From: the human T2T-CHM13v2.0 reference genome, Homo sapiens
DNA length: 64,000 bases
NCBI RefSeq assembly: GCF_009914755.1
Contig: NC_060928.1
Strand: one strand, 5' to 3'
Made by a program: the position numbers and the translations under genes. This document shows, piece by piece, positions 48,995 to 61,466 of the stretch. The notes beneath the pieces are model-generated. The model saw nothing but the letters and a program-made list of their open reading frames with translations. It was not told where the DNA came from and made no database searches. Positions within the stretch are counted from its first letter, which is position 1; the number at the start of each line of letters is the position of its first letter.

Positions 48995-50760
48995 AAATCC
49001 CACCACTGCTTTATCAAATAAGTTAAGGTAATATTCAAAATCTTTTGTTGTCATTTCAGCAATGTTCACAGCAGCTTCACCAGGAATAGACTTCATCTCA
49101 AGAAACCACTTTCTTTGTTCATCCATAAAAAAGCTACTCCTCATCCATTCAAGTTTGATCATGAGATTGTAGCAATTCAGTCACATCTTTAGGCTCCACT
49201 TTTAATTATAGTTCTCTTGCTATTTTCACAACCTCTGCAATTACTTTCTCCACTAAAGTCTTGAACTTCTCAAAGTCATCCACGAGTGTTGGAATCAAGT
49301 TCTTCCAAATTCCTGTTAATGTTAATGTTTTCACCTCCTGTCATGAATCACAAGCATTCTTAATGGAATCTAGAATGGTAAATCATTTCCTAAAGGTTTT
49401 CAATTTTCTTTGCCCAGATCCATTAGAGAAATCACAATCTATCTATAGCAGCTACAGCCTTATGAAATGTATTTCTGAAATAATAAGACTTGAAAGTCAA
49501 AATTATTCCCTGATTAATGGGCTGCAGAATAGATATTTTGTTAACAGGCAAGAAAACAACATTCATCTCCTCTTACATCTCCGTAGAGCTCTTGGGTGAC
49601 CAGGTGCATTGTCAGTGAGTAGTAATATTTTAAAAGAAATCTGTTTTTTTCTGAGCAGTAGGTGTCAAAAATGGGCTTCAAAATAATCAGTAAGCAGTTT
49701 CTCTAATGCCATTTATTGACTGTCTTTTCTCCATTGCATGAAATGACTGTCCTTTCTCCATTGAGTGTTCTTGGTGCTTTTGTCAAAAACCAGTTTGATG
49801 TAAAGGCATGGATTTATTTATTGGATCTCGATTCCATTCCATTGGTCTATCAGTAAACAGGTGTGCTGTCATCCAGGCTTTTCTGTTACACTTATAGAGT
49901 ATGAGTAGAGTAGATTTAGCATACTTGTTAACGGCCTTAGGATTTTGGGAATGGTAAAAGATCATTGGCTTCAACTTACAGTCATCAGCTGAATTAGACC
50001 TTAACAACAGAGTCAGTCTGTCCTTTGAAGTTTTAAAGCCAGGCACTGACTTCTCTTCTCTAGCTAGCAAAGTCCTAGATGGCATCTTCTTCCAGTACAA
50101 AGCTGTTTTGCCTAAACTGAAAATCTGCTGTTTAGTGTAGCCATCTTTATCAATGATCTTAGCTAAATCTTCTAGATGACTTGCTGCAGCTTCTAAATGA
50201 GCACTTGTTACGTCATCTTGCACATTTATGTCATGGAGATGGTTTCTTTCCTTAAATCTCATGAACCAATCTCTGCTAGCATCAAACTTTTCTTCTCCAG
50301 CTTCCTCACCTCTTCCAGCCTTCACAAAATTGAAGAGTTACAATCTTGCTCTAGATTAGGCTTTGGCTTAAGAGAATGTTGTGGCTGTTTTGATCTTCCA
50401 TCCAGACCACAAAAACTTTCTCCATATCAGCAATAAGGCTGTTTTGCCTTCTAATCATTTGTGTGTTCACGGATGTAGCACTGTTTGTTGCCTATAAGAA
50501 CTTTTGCTTTGCATTCACAATTGGCTAACTGTTGGGTGCAAGAGGCCTAGCTTTCAGCATATCTTGGCTTTCAACACGCCTTCCTCACTAAACTTAATCA
50601 TCTCTAGCTTTTCATTTAAAGTGAGAGATATGCCACTCTTCCCTTCACCTGAATACTTAGAGGCCATTGTAGGGTTGTTAATTAGCCTAATTTGAATATT
50701 ACTGTGTCTCGCAGAATAGGAAGGCCCCAGGCGAGGGAGAGAGACAATGGAACAATAGTC
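48995..50760 (-). mobile_element. Tigger1 internal fragment (pogo-type DDE transposase relic), no terminal repeats seen
   Basis: ORFs 49783..50325, 50554..50775 and 48953..49162 give Tigger1/TIGD1-like peptides ([38 protein letters not shown]). Confidence 0.93.
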
Positions 50761-50816
50761 AATATATGGAATCAACCTAAGTATCCACTAACCAATGAAT
50801 GCATAAAGAAAATGTG

Positions 50817-50818
<2 letters not shown>

Positions 50819-50846
<28 letters not shown>
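50819..50846. repeat. (AC)14 microsatellite
   Basis: Read directly from the sequence. Confidence 0.95.
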
Positions 50847-50855
<9 letters not shown>

Positions 50856-51184
50856 ATGGAATACTATTCAGCCATAAAAAAGAAAAAAATCCTGTTATTT
50901 GCCACAACATGGATCAACCTGGAGGACACTTCGTTAAGTGGCGTAAGTCAGGCACAGAAAGACAAATACCACAGGATCTCATTCATATATAGAGTATTTA
51001 AAATTTGATCTCATTGAAATAGAGAATAGAATAAAGGTGAAAAGAGACTGGGGAAGTTCAAGGGTGAAGATTGGGGAAATGTTGGTCAAATGACACAAAA
51101 TTACAGTTAGCTAGGGGGAATAAGTTAAAGAGATCTTTTGTATAGCATGGTGACTACAGTTATTGATAACATATTGTATTCTTA

Positions 51185-51304
51185 GCTGGTCATGGTGGTG
51201 TGTGCCTACAGTACTCCCAGCTAGCTGAGGGGCTGAAGCAGGAGGACTGCTTGAGCCTAGGAGCTTGAGGCCAGCCTGGACAATATAGCGACACCCCATC
51301 TCTA
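51185..51304 (+). mobile_element. FLAM (Alu monomer)
   Basis: Single monomer ...gcttgagcctaggag...gaggccagcctggacaatatagcg; TSD gtattctta encloses the monomer plus the microsatellite. Confidence 0.85.
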
Positions 51305-51305
51305 A

Positions 51306-51476
51306 GTGTGTATATATATACACACAAATATATACATATATACACACATATATATACACATATTAATGTATATATACACATGTATACACACATATATGCA
51401 CACATACATATATGTATGTGTCTGTATATATATGTACACACATATGTGTATATTTGTATGTATATGTGTATGTGTA
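51306..51476. repeat. Compound (TA/CA/TG)n microsatellite
   Basis: About 170 bp of nearly continuous purine-pyrimidine alternation. Confidence 0.92.
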
Positions 51477-51869
51477 GTATTCTTAAAAAATGCTAAAATG
51501 ATGGATGTAAAGTGTTCTCACCACAAAAATGGTACAATGTGATGTGATGTATTTGTTAATCAGCTAGATTTAGCCATTCCATCATGTATGTATACTTCAA
51601 AACATCATGTTGACACAGTAAATGCATGCAATTTTATCTGCCAATTTAACATAAATAGGAATTCAAACACACAGAAAAAATGCAACTTATTCTTGTATTA
51701 CTATTCTAAAACTTTGTAACATTTTAATTCAGAAAATAATTGATGTTATATGTGAATAAGTAATACATGCTTTGAAATTTTTTTAAGTGTATACTTAATA
51801 TTTCAAAAATTCCATGATATACTTTTGATTGATGTACTTATTGAAATTATCCCTGATCCTGTTTGATAT

Positions 51870-52480
51870 TGTGCTGGATAGCCTCTGTCTATCTCTCTGT
51901 GTCTACACTTTGGCCTTCTTGCCCTGCTCTGCCTCCCAGTGTTGAGTGGAAGAACCACCCAACATCTATGTATGGTTCACACTTGCTTTAAAGTATAAGA
52001 TTTGGGACTTTTGAACTGATGAGATTTAGTTGAGATTCTGGATCTCATCCACCATGCTCACATGAATTATGCACCCTTGTCCTCTGGTTGTGGATGAGTT
52101 CATTTGATGAGAGGCACTGGCAGATGGGAGGGTGGGAGGTGAGTGAGGTCAGGGTATTTATCCTTCCTTCTCTCTCACTGCAAGACTGAAGGGTTGGCAG
52201 TGGCCGTGCTCCTCTGCCTAGGGTCATAGCACCTGGCCTGTCCAAGACCCTTTACCCATAGATACAACTCTCTCTAACTCTCTCTAGGTGCTACTGGCCA
52301 TTATTCCCCTTCAATCTTGGGTGGTGGAACTGTATCCCCGTATCATGAGACCCTGGTGCCTCCCATCACTTATTTGTTCTCTTAACCCTGCCCACAGCTC
52401 CATAAATAGTCTCTTCAAGAAACTCTCTTATCACCCCTTTGAGTGTGTTGTCTGTCTTATGCTGGATCCTCACTAGAACA
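51870..52480 (+). mobile_element. LTR33/LTR41-like ERVL LTR relic
   Basis: gaggcactggcag...gaggtcagggtatttat, ttaaccctgcccaca...taaatagt. Confidence 0.55.
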
Positions 52481-52716
52481 GCTATTATGGAATTCCTCTG
52501 ATAGCATCAATCTAACATTGTGAATAATTTTTTCCCATAAATAAAATTATTCCAGATTTTCAAAACATTTCTATTTTCAAAGAATTAGAACTAGCCATGA
52601 CTAATGTGGCTAATAACAACCAAAATAAAAGGGAGTCATTTGGATAATTTTTTTTCTCCTAGGACACTTCTGCTATAACCAACTCTTATCACTGAATAAT
52701 CTGGGTTCCGAAATAC

Positions 52717-52924
52717 CTGTCATCGCCATCAATGATGCACTCAGGGAAGGCGAGGGTACAGCCAAACAGCATGATATGTTGATAGCAACTGAGGCGATGG
52801 AGATATGTGAAAAACTTGAGGAACTTTTCCATTTCCATGTTTCTGACAACTGAGAGGAGAGGTGTCAGCGTGGCGTGGTAGGGCAGCATCTGACACTGGC
52901 TGTGGGTGATGTTCATACAGGCAC
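52717..52924 (-). CDS. CORIN: Corin coding exon (exon 4, 208 bp), N-terminal half of Frizzled domain 1: (S)ACMNITHSQCQMLPYHATLTPLLSVVRNMEMEKFLKFFTYLHRLSCYQHIMLFGCTLAFPECIIDGDD(S)
   Basis: Lies within ORF 52689..52988(-). Acceptor tctttacttcccag|GT, donor GACAG|gtattt. Phase 1 start, phase 2 end. Contains 5 of the 10 Fz cysteines. Confidence 0.97.
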
Positions 52925-54367
52925 CTGGGAAGTAAAGACATGCACATTTAAGAGTGGACACATCAGAAGTATATGTTTGCAAACTCATTTAATATTTGTT
53001 TATAAGATAAAGTATACTTATCACAAGAAAAAATTTAGATATGCAATCATACACATAGGTGCATGTAAGTATGTGTATGTGTATGATAATGAAATCAAGC
53101 TACAAATATTTACAGAGGAAAAGCATTCGTGTCCTGGGAAAATGTGTGGAAAATACATACTCCTCATACATATCTAGTAGGCATATAAACTGGCAATCAC
53201 CTTTTCTTTTGGATCACAGCTGGGCAGGGCAATATGTATCCAAAAAAATCTTTTCACCATGCATATTCTTTGACATTATCAAGTCATTTCTAGAAACTTA
53301 TCCTAAGGAAATAATCATATTTGTGAATGTGGATTTATCTACGGGGATCTTGATCTTTGCATAGTTTACAATTTTTAAAAGATAGAAATCATCTAAATAT
53401 TCAGCAAAAAGAATTGTTCTTTAGAATATGGAACAAACAATAGAATATTTAATTTAGGTACATGAAAGATGCTTCAGAAGACTATTTAATCACAACGGAT
53501 GATGCTCATAATATAATAAGTAAAAGTAGGAAGTCACAAAACAATTTGTATACAATGATCTTGTTTTTAAAACACACAATTATGCAAAGATTTGTAATCC
53601 CGCCTATGTCAACAGTTCAGGAGCAGCTCAGAGCCTCTGACATTATCTTCTCCCATAGTTGGCTCTTTTGGGCGCCACCATATCCATGGCTTTTCCATTG
53701 CCTTCATGCCAGAAATTTGCCTGGTTGACCCGATATAAACAAAAATGTTGACATGCATTCATATGATGGGATTTTAGGAATCGACCACATTTTCTTTTTT
53801 ATTCCTTATTCTCTTGTCTGTATAAAGATTCATTGCTTTTATTGTTGCTGCTTAAACAAGATTCTCTTATTCACAATCGCCTCAGTTTCAAGACCCAGTT
53901 ACATGAAATCATATCTATATTATACATGAGAAAACTCAATTTTTAGAAGGCTAAGAAATTTGCCTAGAGGTGCATAGCCATTATGTAGAAATTTCAGATC
54001 TGAAACCTATGTCTTCTGAGTAATTTCCATTACTTAGAGCTAATGTAGAGGGTTATGTTAAAAATAGTTCTTGAGATAATTCTTAATGGCTCATGAAAGG
54101 AAGAGGCTAAAAAGCATATAATGACATATCTCAAGGTCTGTATGTATAGTAATATGTAATACACCTGTATATTTTGACCACACCTTTTTATCAGTTTTAA
54201 TTACATTATTTTATTTAGGGGTTATCAGCTTTTGGGCTTATGCTTTTGATGGAAGCCCATATTTGAAGCAATTAGAATACTAAAAGGCTCATTCCCTCCA
54301 CCCAGCCAAAGAAACCACTGAATATTAAGAGATCATTTTAAAAATGCAAGATAGAAAACATCCTAGG

Positions 54368-54665
54368 GGCCGGGTGCGGTGGCTCACTCCTGTAATCCCA
54401 GCACTTTGGGAGGCCGAGGCAGGCAGATCACGAGGTCAGGAGACTGAGACCATCCTGGTTAACACGGTGAAACCCCATCTCTACTAAAAATACAAAAAAT
54501 TAGCCGGGCGTGGTGGCGGGCGTTGTGGGGGGCGTGGTGGCGGGAGGCTGAGGCAGGAGAATGGTGTGAACCCGGGAGGCGGAGCTTGTAGTGAGCTGAG
54601 ATCGCGCCACTGCACCCCAGCCTGGGCGACAGAGCGAGACTCCGTCCCCCCAAAAAAAAAAAAAA
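54368..54665 (+). mobile_element. AluY with an internal 12-bp triplication
   Basis: AluY diagnostics; TSD atcctagg. Confidence 0.95.
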
Positions 54666-54679
54666 GAATCCTAGGAATT

Positions 54680-55270
54680 TTCCCATATTAGCATTTGGAG
54701 AGCTTCACTGTTTCCTTTACTGCTGCATAACATTCCACTATATGTTGTACTGGGATTTATTTAAGCAATCTCCCTTTAATAAATATTTGGACTGTTTTCA
54801 ACTTTTTGCTATTATATTGCTGTAATAAGTAACCTGTACATATGCCTGAGATGTACAATAGATTCCCAGAAGTAGGATTGCTGGGTAAACGGATAAATGC
54901 TTTCAGAATTTTGGTAGCTATTGTCAAATTCCCCCATCATCGAGAAGTACCATTTTGAATTCTCGCCAACAATGTATGAGGATGTCTGCTTTCTCAGTCT
55001 CACCAACAGAGAACAGTGTCAAACTTTTGGATTTTTGCTAATCTGATAGGTGAGAAATTATATTGTAGGGTGATTTTTCATTTGCATTTAACTTGTTGCC
55101 AGTGAAGTTGAGCACCTTTTCATATATTTAAGGACCATTTGCATTTTGTCTTCAGTTTCATATGCTTGGAAGATTTTTCCTACTGACTTTTAGGGGTGTT
55201 TTTTCTACTTTTACAAACTCCTTATTAGGGAGATTAATGTACTGAAAATATTCTAACACTTTTTCTATAG
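54680..55270 (-). mobile_element. L1ME-type fragment
   Basis: ggattgctggg, caacaatgtatgag, gttgagcacctttt. Confidence 0.7.
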
Positions 55271-55506
55271 TTTTGTGGTTTTGAAATCATTTTAAAGAAC
55301 TAACAACTATATAATCATTTAACAGATGAATATATTTTATTCTACTTTAATCCAGCCGTTGAAATATTTAAAGGGGGCTTTCTTTGAAAAGTAGCCGGTT
55401 CAGAGGCAGAGCTCAAAATCGAATCTGGAGTAAGGTATGATAATATCTGACATTTCAGTACCCCTTTGTAGTTTACGAACCACTTCTACCCTTATCTTTT
55501 AAGGTT

Positions 55507-55940
55507 GTATTAGTTAGGTTTGGTTTGGCTGTAGTGAAGGAAAATGGAATATAACATTGCTTTAAGCAGAACAAAATTTCTCTGCCCCATAAAAGTCTAG
55601 ATGAGTGGTCTAGGACAGGAATTGGATCCCGTGGTGCCAGAAACATAGGCTCTTTATGTAGCCCTAACTTCATGGCCCAAGATAGTGAAATCTACAGTCC
55701 AGACAGAAGGGTGGAGAAGTAGTAAAGAGGACAAAGACACACACTCTTACTATTTCTTAAGAACAGTTTCAGCTGCTACAAGACCCTTCCACATATATCC
55801 CATTATCCAGAATGTCGTCACATGGCCACATCTAGTTGCATGAGAGGCTAGGATTATTCCAGTTTGACATGTGCCCAGATAAAAATGGGGAGTGGGATCA
55901 ACTACAAACGAAGGAGAATGAATACTGGTGTTCAACCAGA
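55507..55940 (-). mobile_element. MLT1J/K-like LTR
   Basis: tgtattagtt start; gtcacatggccacatctagttgca...gaggct. Confidence 0.6.
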
Positions 55941-56001
55941 AACCTTTGCCAGAAAAACAAATAGAGAAGGCATCATTATACTCATTATAAAAGAAAACAA
56001 A

Positions 56002-56302
56002 GGCCGGGCGCAGTGGCTCACACCTGTAATCCCAGCACTTTGGGAGGCTGAGGTGGGCGGATCACCTGAGGTCAGGAGTTCGAGACCACCCTGGCCAACA
56101 TGGTGAAACCCCATCTCTAGTAAAAATACAAAAATTAGCCGGGTGTGATGGTGGGCGCCTGTAATCCCAGCTACTCGGGAGGCTGAGGCAGAAGAATTGC
56201 TTAAACTCGGGAGGCGGAGGTTGGCAGTGAGCTGAGATCATGTCACTGCACTCCAGTCTGAGCAAAAGAGCAAGACTCTGTCTCAAAAAAAAAAAAAAAA
56301 AA
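56002..56302 (+). mobile_element. AluSx-like
   Basis: Full dimer with A tail. Confidence 0.95.
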
Positions 56303-57079
56303 AGGTACAACTATTTTCCTATTCAAGATGTTTGATTAAGCACATATCCTCCCTCCTGACATTTCACCAAAAAAAGAATAGTAAAGGGGAAAAAGGCATA
56401 AACTCATAACAGCAAAGAGCATGGAGAGGGGCTTCCATCAGAAGATAAATATTTTTAGCAAATTTCTGCCAGCCAAAAAGAGCATGCAAGAAATTTTGAA
56501 GTTTGTGGAAGAGGATGAAGTCAATCTGCCCAGCAGAACCTAGGAGAGGTTCTGGGCTTGAGTTGTCAGATAAGGCAGAGAAGAACAAAAACTGGAACTA
56601 AAAAAGGGAGATATTAAAGATCTGTATATGAAACAATTGCTCCTCACTCCACCCACACGCACAGAATACAAGACAGCCACAAAATTACCACCATTAAAAA
56701 GAAAAAAAAAGAAAAATATTCATCTATCTCTAAAGAAATTACACAATGGTCTGAAAACTGAGAAAGCTGGTATGGCTATTGGTACCACAGATAAGGTTAA
56801 CAATAACTGAAAATGTCGCTCTGAAAAAATAGAAATAGTTCAAGACAGAAGAGAACTTTAAAAAAATCATCAATAACTTCAGAGTAAAGTGCCCATGTAA
56901 TTTATCATCCTACCTGAGAAAATTTAAAGAATGATAACAATGAGCTATTAATAGCTATGCCAGGAAAATAAATATAAACCATGACTGTCTCCTATGAGCC
57001 AAGATATATAGATTTAAATAGGTATTGCATCCATAAATGAGAATAGGATGCTAAGAAAAAGAAAACTCAGAAGAGAAAA

Positions 57080-60000
57080 CCTTACAATCGACACCACATA
57101 AATGCAAAGGATCATAAGAGATTACTATAAATAATTATACACCAACAAATTAGATAACCTAGAAGAAATGGATAAATTCCTGGGCACATACAACTTAACA
57201 AGACTGACTCATGAAAAATCAGAAAATCTGAACAGCCCAATAATGAGAAAGGATATTGAACCTGTCAGGCCTCTGAGCCCAAGCTAAGCCATCATATCCC
57301 CTGTGACCTGCAAGTATACATCCAGATGGCCTGAAGTAACTGAAGAATCACAAAAGAAGTGAAAATGGCCTGTTCTTGCCTTAACTGATGACATTACCTT
57401 TGAAATTCCTTCTCCTGGCTCATCCCGGCTCAAAAGCTCCCCCACTGAGCACCTTGTGACCCCCATCCCTGCCCTCTGGAGAACAACCCCTTTGACTGTA
57501 ATTTTCCACTATCCACCCAAATCTTATAAAACGGCCCCACCCCTATCTCCCTTCGCTAACTCTCTTTTCGGACTCAGCCCGCCTGCACCCAGGTGAAGGA
57601 AACAGCCTTGTTGCTCACACAAAGCCTGTTCGGTGGTCTCTTCTCACGGACTCAAGTGAAAGAACCAGTAACAAAAAGTCTTCCATCACAGAAAAGCCCA
57701 GGACCTGACGTCTTCACTATTAATTCCACAAAACATTTAAAGAACTAATATCAATTCCTCTCAAACTCTTCCAAAAAACTGAAGAAAAGTGAACATTTGT
57801 AAACACATTTTACAAAGCCAGCATTGCCCTGATACCAAAGCCAGACAAGGACACTACAAGAGAAGAAAATTACACCTTAATAACTTTGATGAATATAGAT
57901 ACAAAAATCCTCAACAAAATGCTGGCAAACCAAATTCAACAGCACATTAAAAAGATCATTTACCATGATCAAGTGGAATTTATACCTGGGATGCAAGGAT
58001 GTTTCAACATACACAAATTAATAAATGTGATACATCACCTTAATAGAATGAAAGACAAAAGCCATACGACCATCTCAAAAGACAGAAAAAACACTTGAGA
58101 AAATTAAACATCCTTTCATGATAAGACCTTCAACAAATTAGGTATAGAAGAAATGTACTTCAACACAATAAAGGCCATCTACGACAAACCCACAGCTAAC
58201 AACATATGCAATGGGAAAAGAGAAAAGCCATCCTCTAAGATCAGGAAGAGAACAAGGATGCCTGCTCTTGCCACTAATAATCAACATAGCACTGGAAGTC
58301 CTAACCAGAGCAATTAGGCAAGAGAAAGAAATAAAAGGCAATCAAATCAGAAAGAAAGAAGTTAAACGGTCTCTGTTTGTAACAACATGATCTTATATTT
58401 AGAAAAACCTAAAGATTCCACAAGGAAACCTGTTAGAATAAGCACATTCAGAAAAGTAGTAAAAGTAGTATGTTCAAAATCAACATAAAAAATCAGTTGT
58501 TTCAATCAGAAATGGAGAGAAAAATAAACTTAAATTAAAAATAAAAATAAACCAGTTCTGCTTTTATACATTAACAACAAACTGTACAAAAAAGAAATCG
58601 AGAAAACAATCACATTTACAATAGCTACAAAAAAAAATACTTAGGAATAAATTTAACCAAGGAGGTGAAAGATCTTACACTGAAAATGATGAAGCATTGA
58701 TGAAAGAAGTGAAAGGAAACACAAATAAATAGAAAAATATCCTGTATTCATGGTTTGGAAGGATTAATCTCATTAAAATATTCATACTACCCAAAGTGAT
58801 CTACAGATTCAGTGCAATCCCTATTATAATTCTAATAACATTTTTCAAAGAAATACAAAAAATCCTAGAATTCATATGGAAACACACAAAAAACAAAGAA
58901 CCAAAAAAAAATTGAGCGAAAAGAAAACTGAAGGTTTCACACTACTTGATTTCCAAATACACTATAAAGCTATAGTAATCAAAAAAGCATGATATTGGGG
59001 TATAAGCATAAAACCAATGTAACTGAATGAAGAATCCAGAAATAAATCCACACATTGATGACCAATTGATTTTCAACAAAGATGCCAAGAATACACAATG
59101 GGGAAACAACAGTCTCTTCAATAAATAGTGTTGAAAAAACTGGATATAAAGATTTAGAAGAATGAGATTAGTCTTATTTTACACCATATACAAAATTAAC
59201 TCAAAATGAATTAAAAACTTACATGTAAAACCTAAAACTATAACACTACTAGAAGAATACATAGGGGGAAAGCTCAGTGACATTGGTCTGGTTAATAATT
59301 TTTTGAATATGATCCCAAAGGCAAGGGCAACAAAAGTATAAATACACAAATGGGATTACATCAAACTAAAAAGCTTCTTCCCAGGAAACAGTCAGCACAG
59401 CAAAGAAATAACTTACAAAATGGGAGAAAATATTTGCAAACCATACACCTGATAAGGGGTTAATATCCAAAATACAAAAGGAATTTTATTTAGTAGTTAG
59501 GAAACAATAACTAAATTTAAAAGTGGGAAAAGGCCCTAAATAGACATTTCACAAAAAAATACATACGAATGGCCAACAGGTATATGAAAAAAAGTTCAAC
59601 ATCTCTAGCCATCAGAGAAATGCAAATTAAAACCATAATGAGCTATTACCTCATACCTGTTAGGATGGCTATTACTAAAACAAAAATTAAAAAATGAAAA
59701 AACAGAAAATAACAAGTGCTGGTGAGGATGTGGAGAAAAGGGAGCATTTGCACACTGTTGATAGGGTTGTAAATTAGTGTAGCCATTATGGAAGACAGTA
59801 TGGACATTCCTCCCAAAAATTAAAAATAGAATTACAAAACGATCCAACAACCCCAATACTAGCTGTATATTCCAAGGATGTAAAATCAGTGTTTTGAAGA
59901 GAAATCTACACTCCCATGTTCACTGCAGCATTATTCACAATAGCGAAGATATGGACTCAATAAAAATGTCCATCAATGGATGAATGGATAAAGAACATGT

Positions 60001-60410
60001 AGTATATACACACAATGAAATATGATTTGGCCTTTAAAAAGAAGGAAATCTTGTCATTTATGACAAGATGGATGAACCTAGAGAACATTATGTTAAGTGA
60101 AATCAACTAAGCACAAAAAGACAAAAACCACATGATTTCACTTATATGTGGAATCTTAAAAAGTTGAACTCATAGAAGCAGAGAGTAAAATGATGGCTAC
60201 CAGGGACTAGGGGTATAAGGGTGAGGATTGCAATATGTTGGTCAAAGGATCCAAAATTTCAGTTAGACAGGAGAAGTAAGATCAAGCGACCTATTGTACA
60301 GCATGGTGACTATAGTTAATAATAATGCCCTGTACACTTTGAAAATTGCTAAGAAAGTAGATTTTAAGTATACTCACCCCCCAAAATTATTTGAGGTTAA
60401 AAAATAAAAA
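57080..60410 (+). mobile_element. L1MA-type ORF2 (RT region) through 3' UTR, interrupted by LTR7
   Basis: ORF 57886..58098 [37 protein letters not shown] is L1 reverse transcriptase; multiple stops and frameshifts. Confidence 0.92.
57263..57661 (+). mobile_element. LTR7 (HERV-H) solo LTR
   Basis: tgtcaggcctctgagcccaagctaagccatc...gtgaaa; perfect 5-bp TSD gaacc; TATA element ttataaaa. Confidence 0.94.
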
Positions 60411-60779
60411 CAGATCCAAGTGATGTTACAACAACTTTTTTCATATTTCATGTAAATAAAGGCAGCATTTTGCATTGGGAAAAAATGGGTTATGAGCCCT
60501 CACAGAGGGACCAACTAGACTGGAAATTTTTGGTGCCTGTTCCTGGCTGTACCAGGAAGTCAACTCAGGTCAGGACTACATCAGCAGAGTGGAATAATGA
60601 AGGTCATTCTCTATTCTAGATAATTCACCTAAGAAGAAACATTTTGCCAGAATGATTTCTGGGAAAAATCAATTTGAAAGGATATCGTGTACTTAGGAAG
60701 ATCTGTAAGAGGGTTACAGTAAGCTAAGAGAAAACATAAAACTGAAGACAGGGTCTCTCCATGAAGATTTAAGCTTTCG

Positions 60780-61046
60780 TTTTTAACTTTTATTTTAAGT
60801 TCAGGGGTACATGTGCAGGTATATTACATAGATAAACTTGTGTCATGGGGGGCTGTCATACAGATTATTTCGTCACCCAAGTATTAAGCCTAGTACCCAT
60901 TAGTTATTTTTCCTGATTCTTTCCCTCCTCCCACCCTCCACCCTCTGATAGACCCCAGTGTGAATTGTTTCCCTCTATGTGTCCATGTGTTCTCATCATT
61001 TAGCTCCCACTTATAAGTGAAAACATGTGGTATTTGGTTTTCTATT
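60780..61046 (-). mobile_element. L1PA (older) 3'-end fragment
   Basis: ttttattttaagttcaggggtacatgtgcagg...ataagtgaaaacatgtggtatttggttttct. Confidence 0.88.
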
Positions 61047-61415
61047 CAGGTCTTAACTAACTGTAAACCAAACCTAAACACAGTAACTATTCTACTTCTC
61101 ATAAGAGAAAATCAGGAAACAAAAGATGCATTTTCTTAATGAGTGATTTACAACATTTGTAAAAAGTCTTTACAGACATAGTGAAGGCACAGTTAAGCCA
61201 ATGTCTTGCTAAGTTATACAAAAATATGTAAGTATTTTGTGCAATGCCACGTAAATTATCAGAGTTAAGTAAAAGCTAGCTATTCTTGTCAAGAGAAATA
61301 CGAGGTTTGGGAGTTTATTTTCTATATAATTGTATATATTCTAGACTAAACGCTTTTTAATGCACCCCGATTCTCTTGGTGATGTATTTTGCCAAGCTTC
61401 AAGCTTTCACATTAC

Positions 61416-61416
<1 letters not shown>

Positions 61417-61455
<39 letters not shown>

Positions 61456-61466
61456 GTAGATAGATA
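61417..61466. repeat. Tetranucleotide STR (TAGA)9 TAGG (TAGA)2
   Basis: Read directly from the sequence. Confidence 0.95.

Larger units (their letters stand above)
47555..51660 (+). mobile_element. L1MA-type distal ORF2 and 3' UTR, interrupted by THE1D, Tigger1 and FLAM
   Basis: aaagctggaggcatcacactacct, atgggagaaaatatttgcaa, and 3' UTR catggtgactacagtt. Confidence 0.88.

Noticed and set aside
49783-50325. Longest ORF (180 aa) as a domesticated TIGD-like gene
   Set aside because: Fragment of a decayed Tigger1: the catalytic DETA motif reads GKTA, neighbouring frames are broken, and the ORF is interrupted by an insertion.
51111-51542. YI/CV/HT-rich ORFs
   Set aside because: Translations of a dinucleotide microsatellite.
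52689-52988. 99-aa ORF as a stand-alone gene
   Set aside because: It is CORIN exon 4 plus in-frame intronic flanks.
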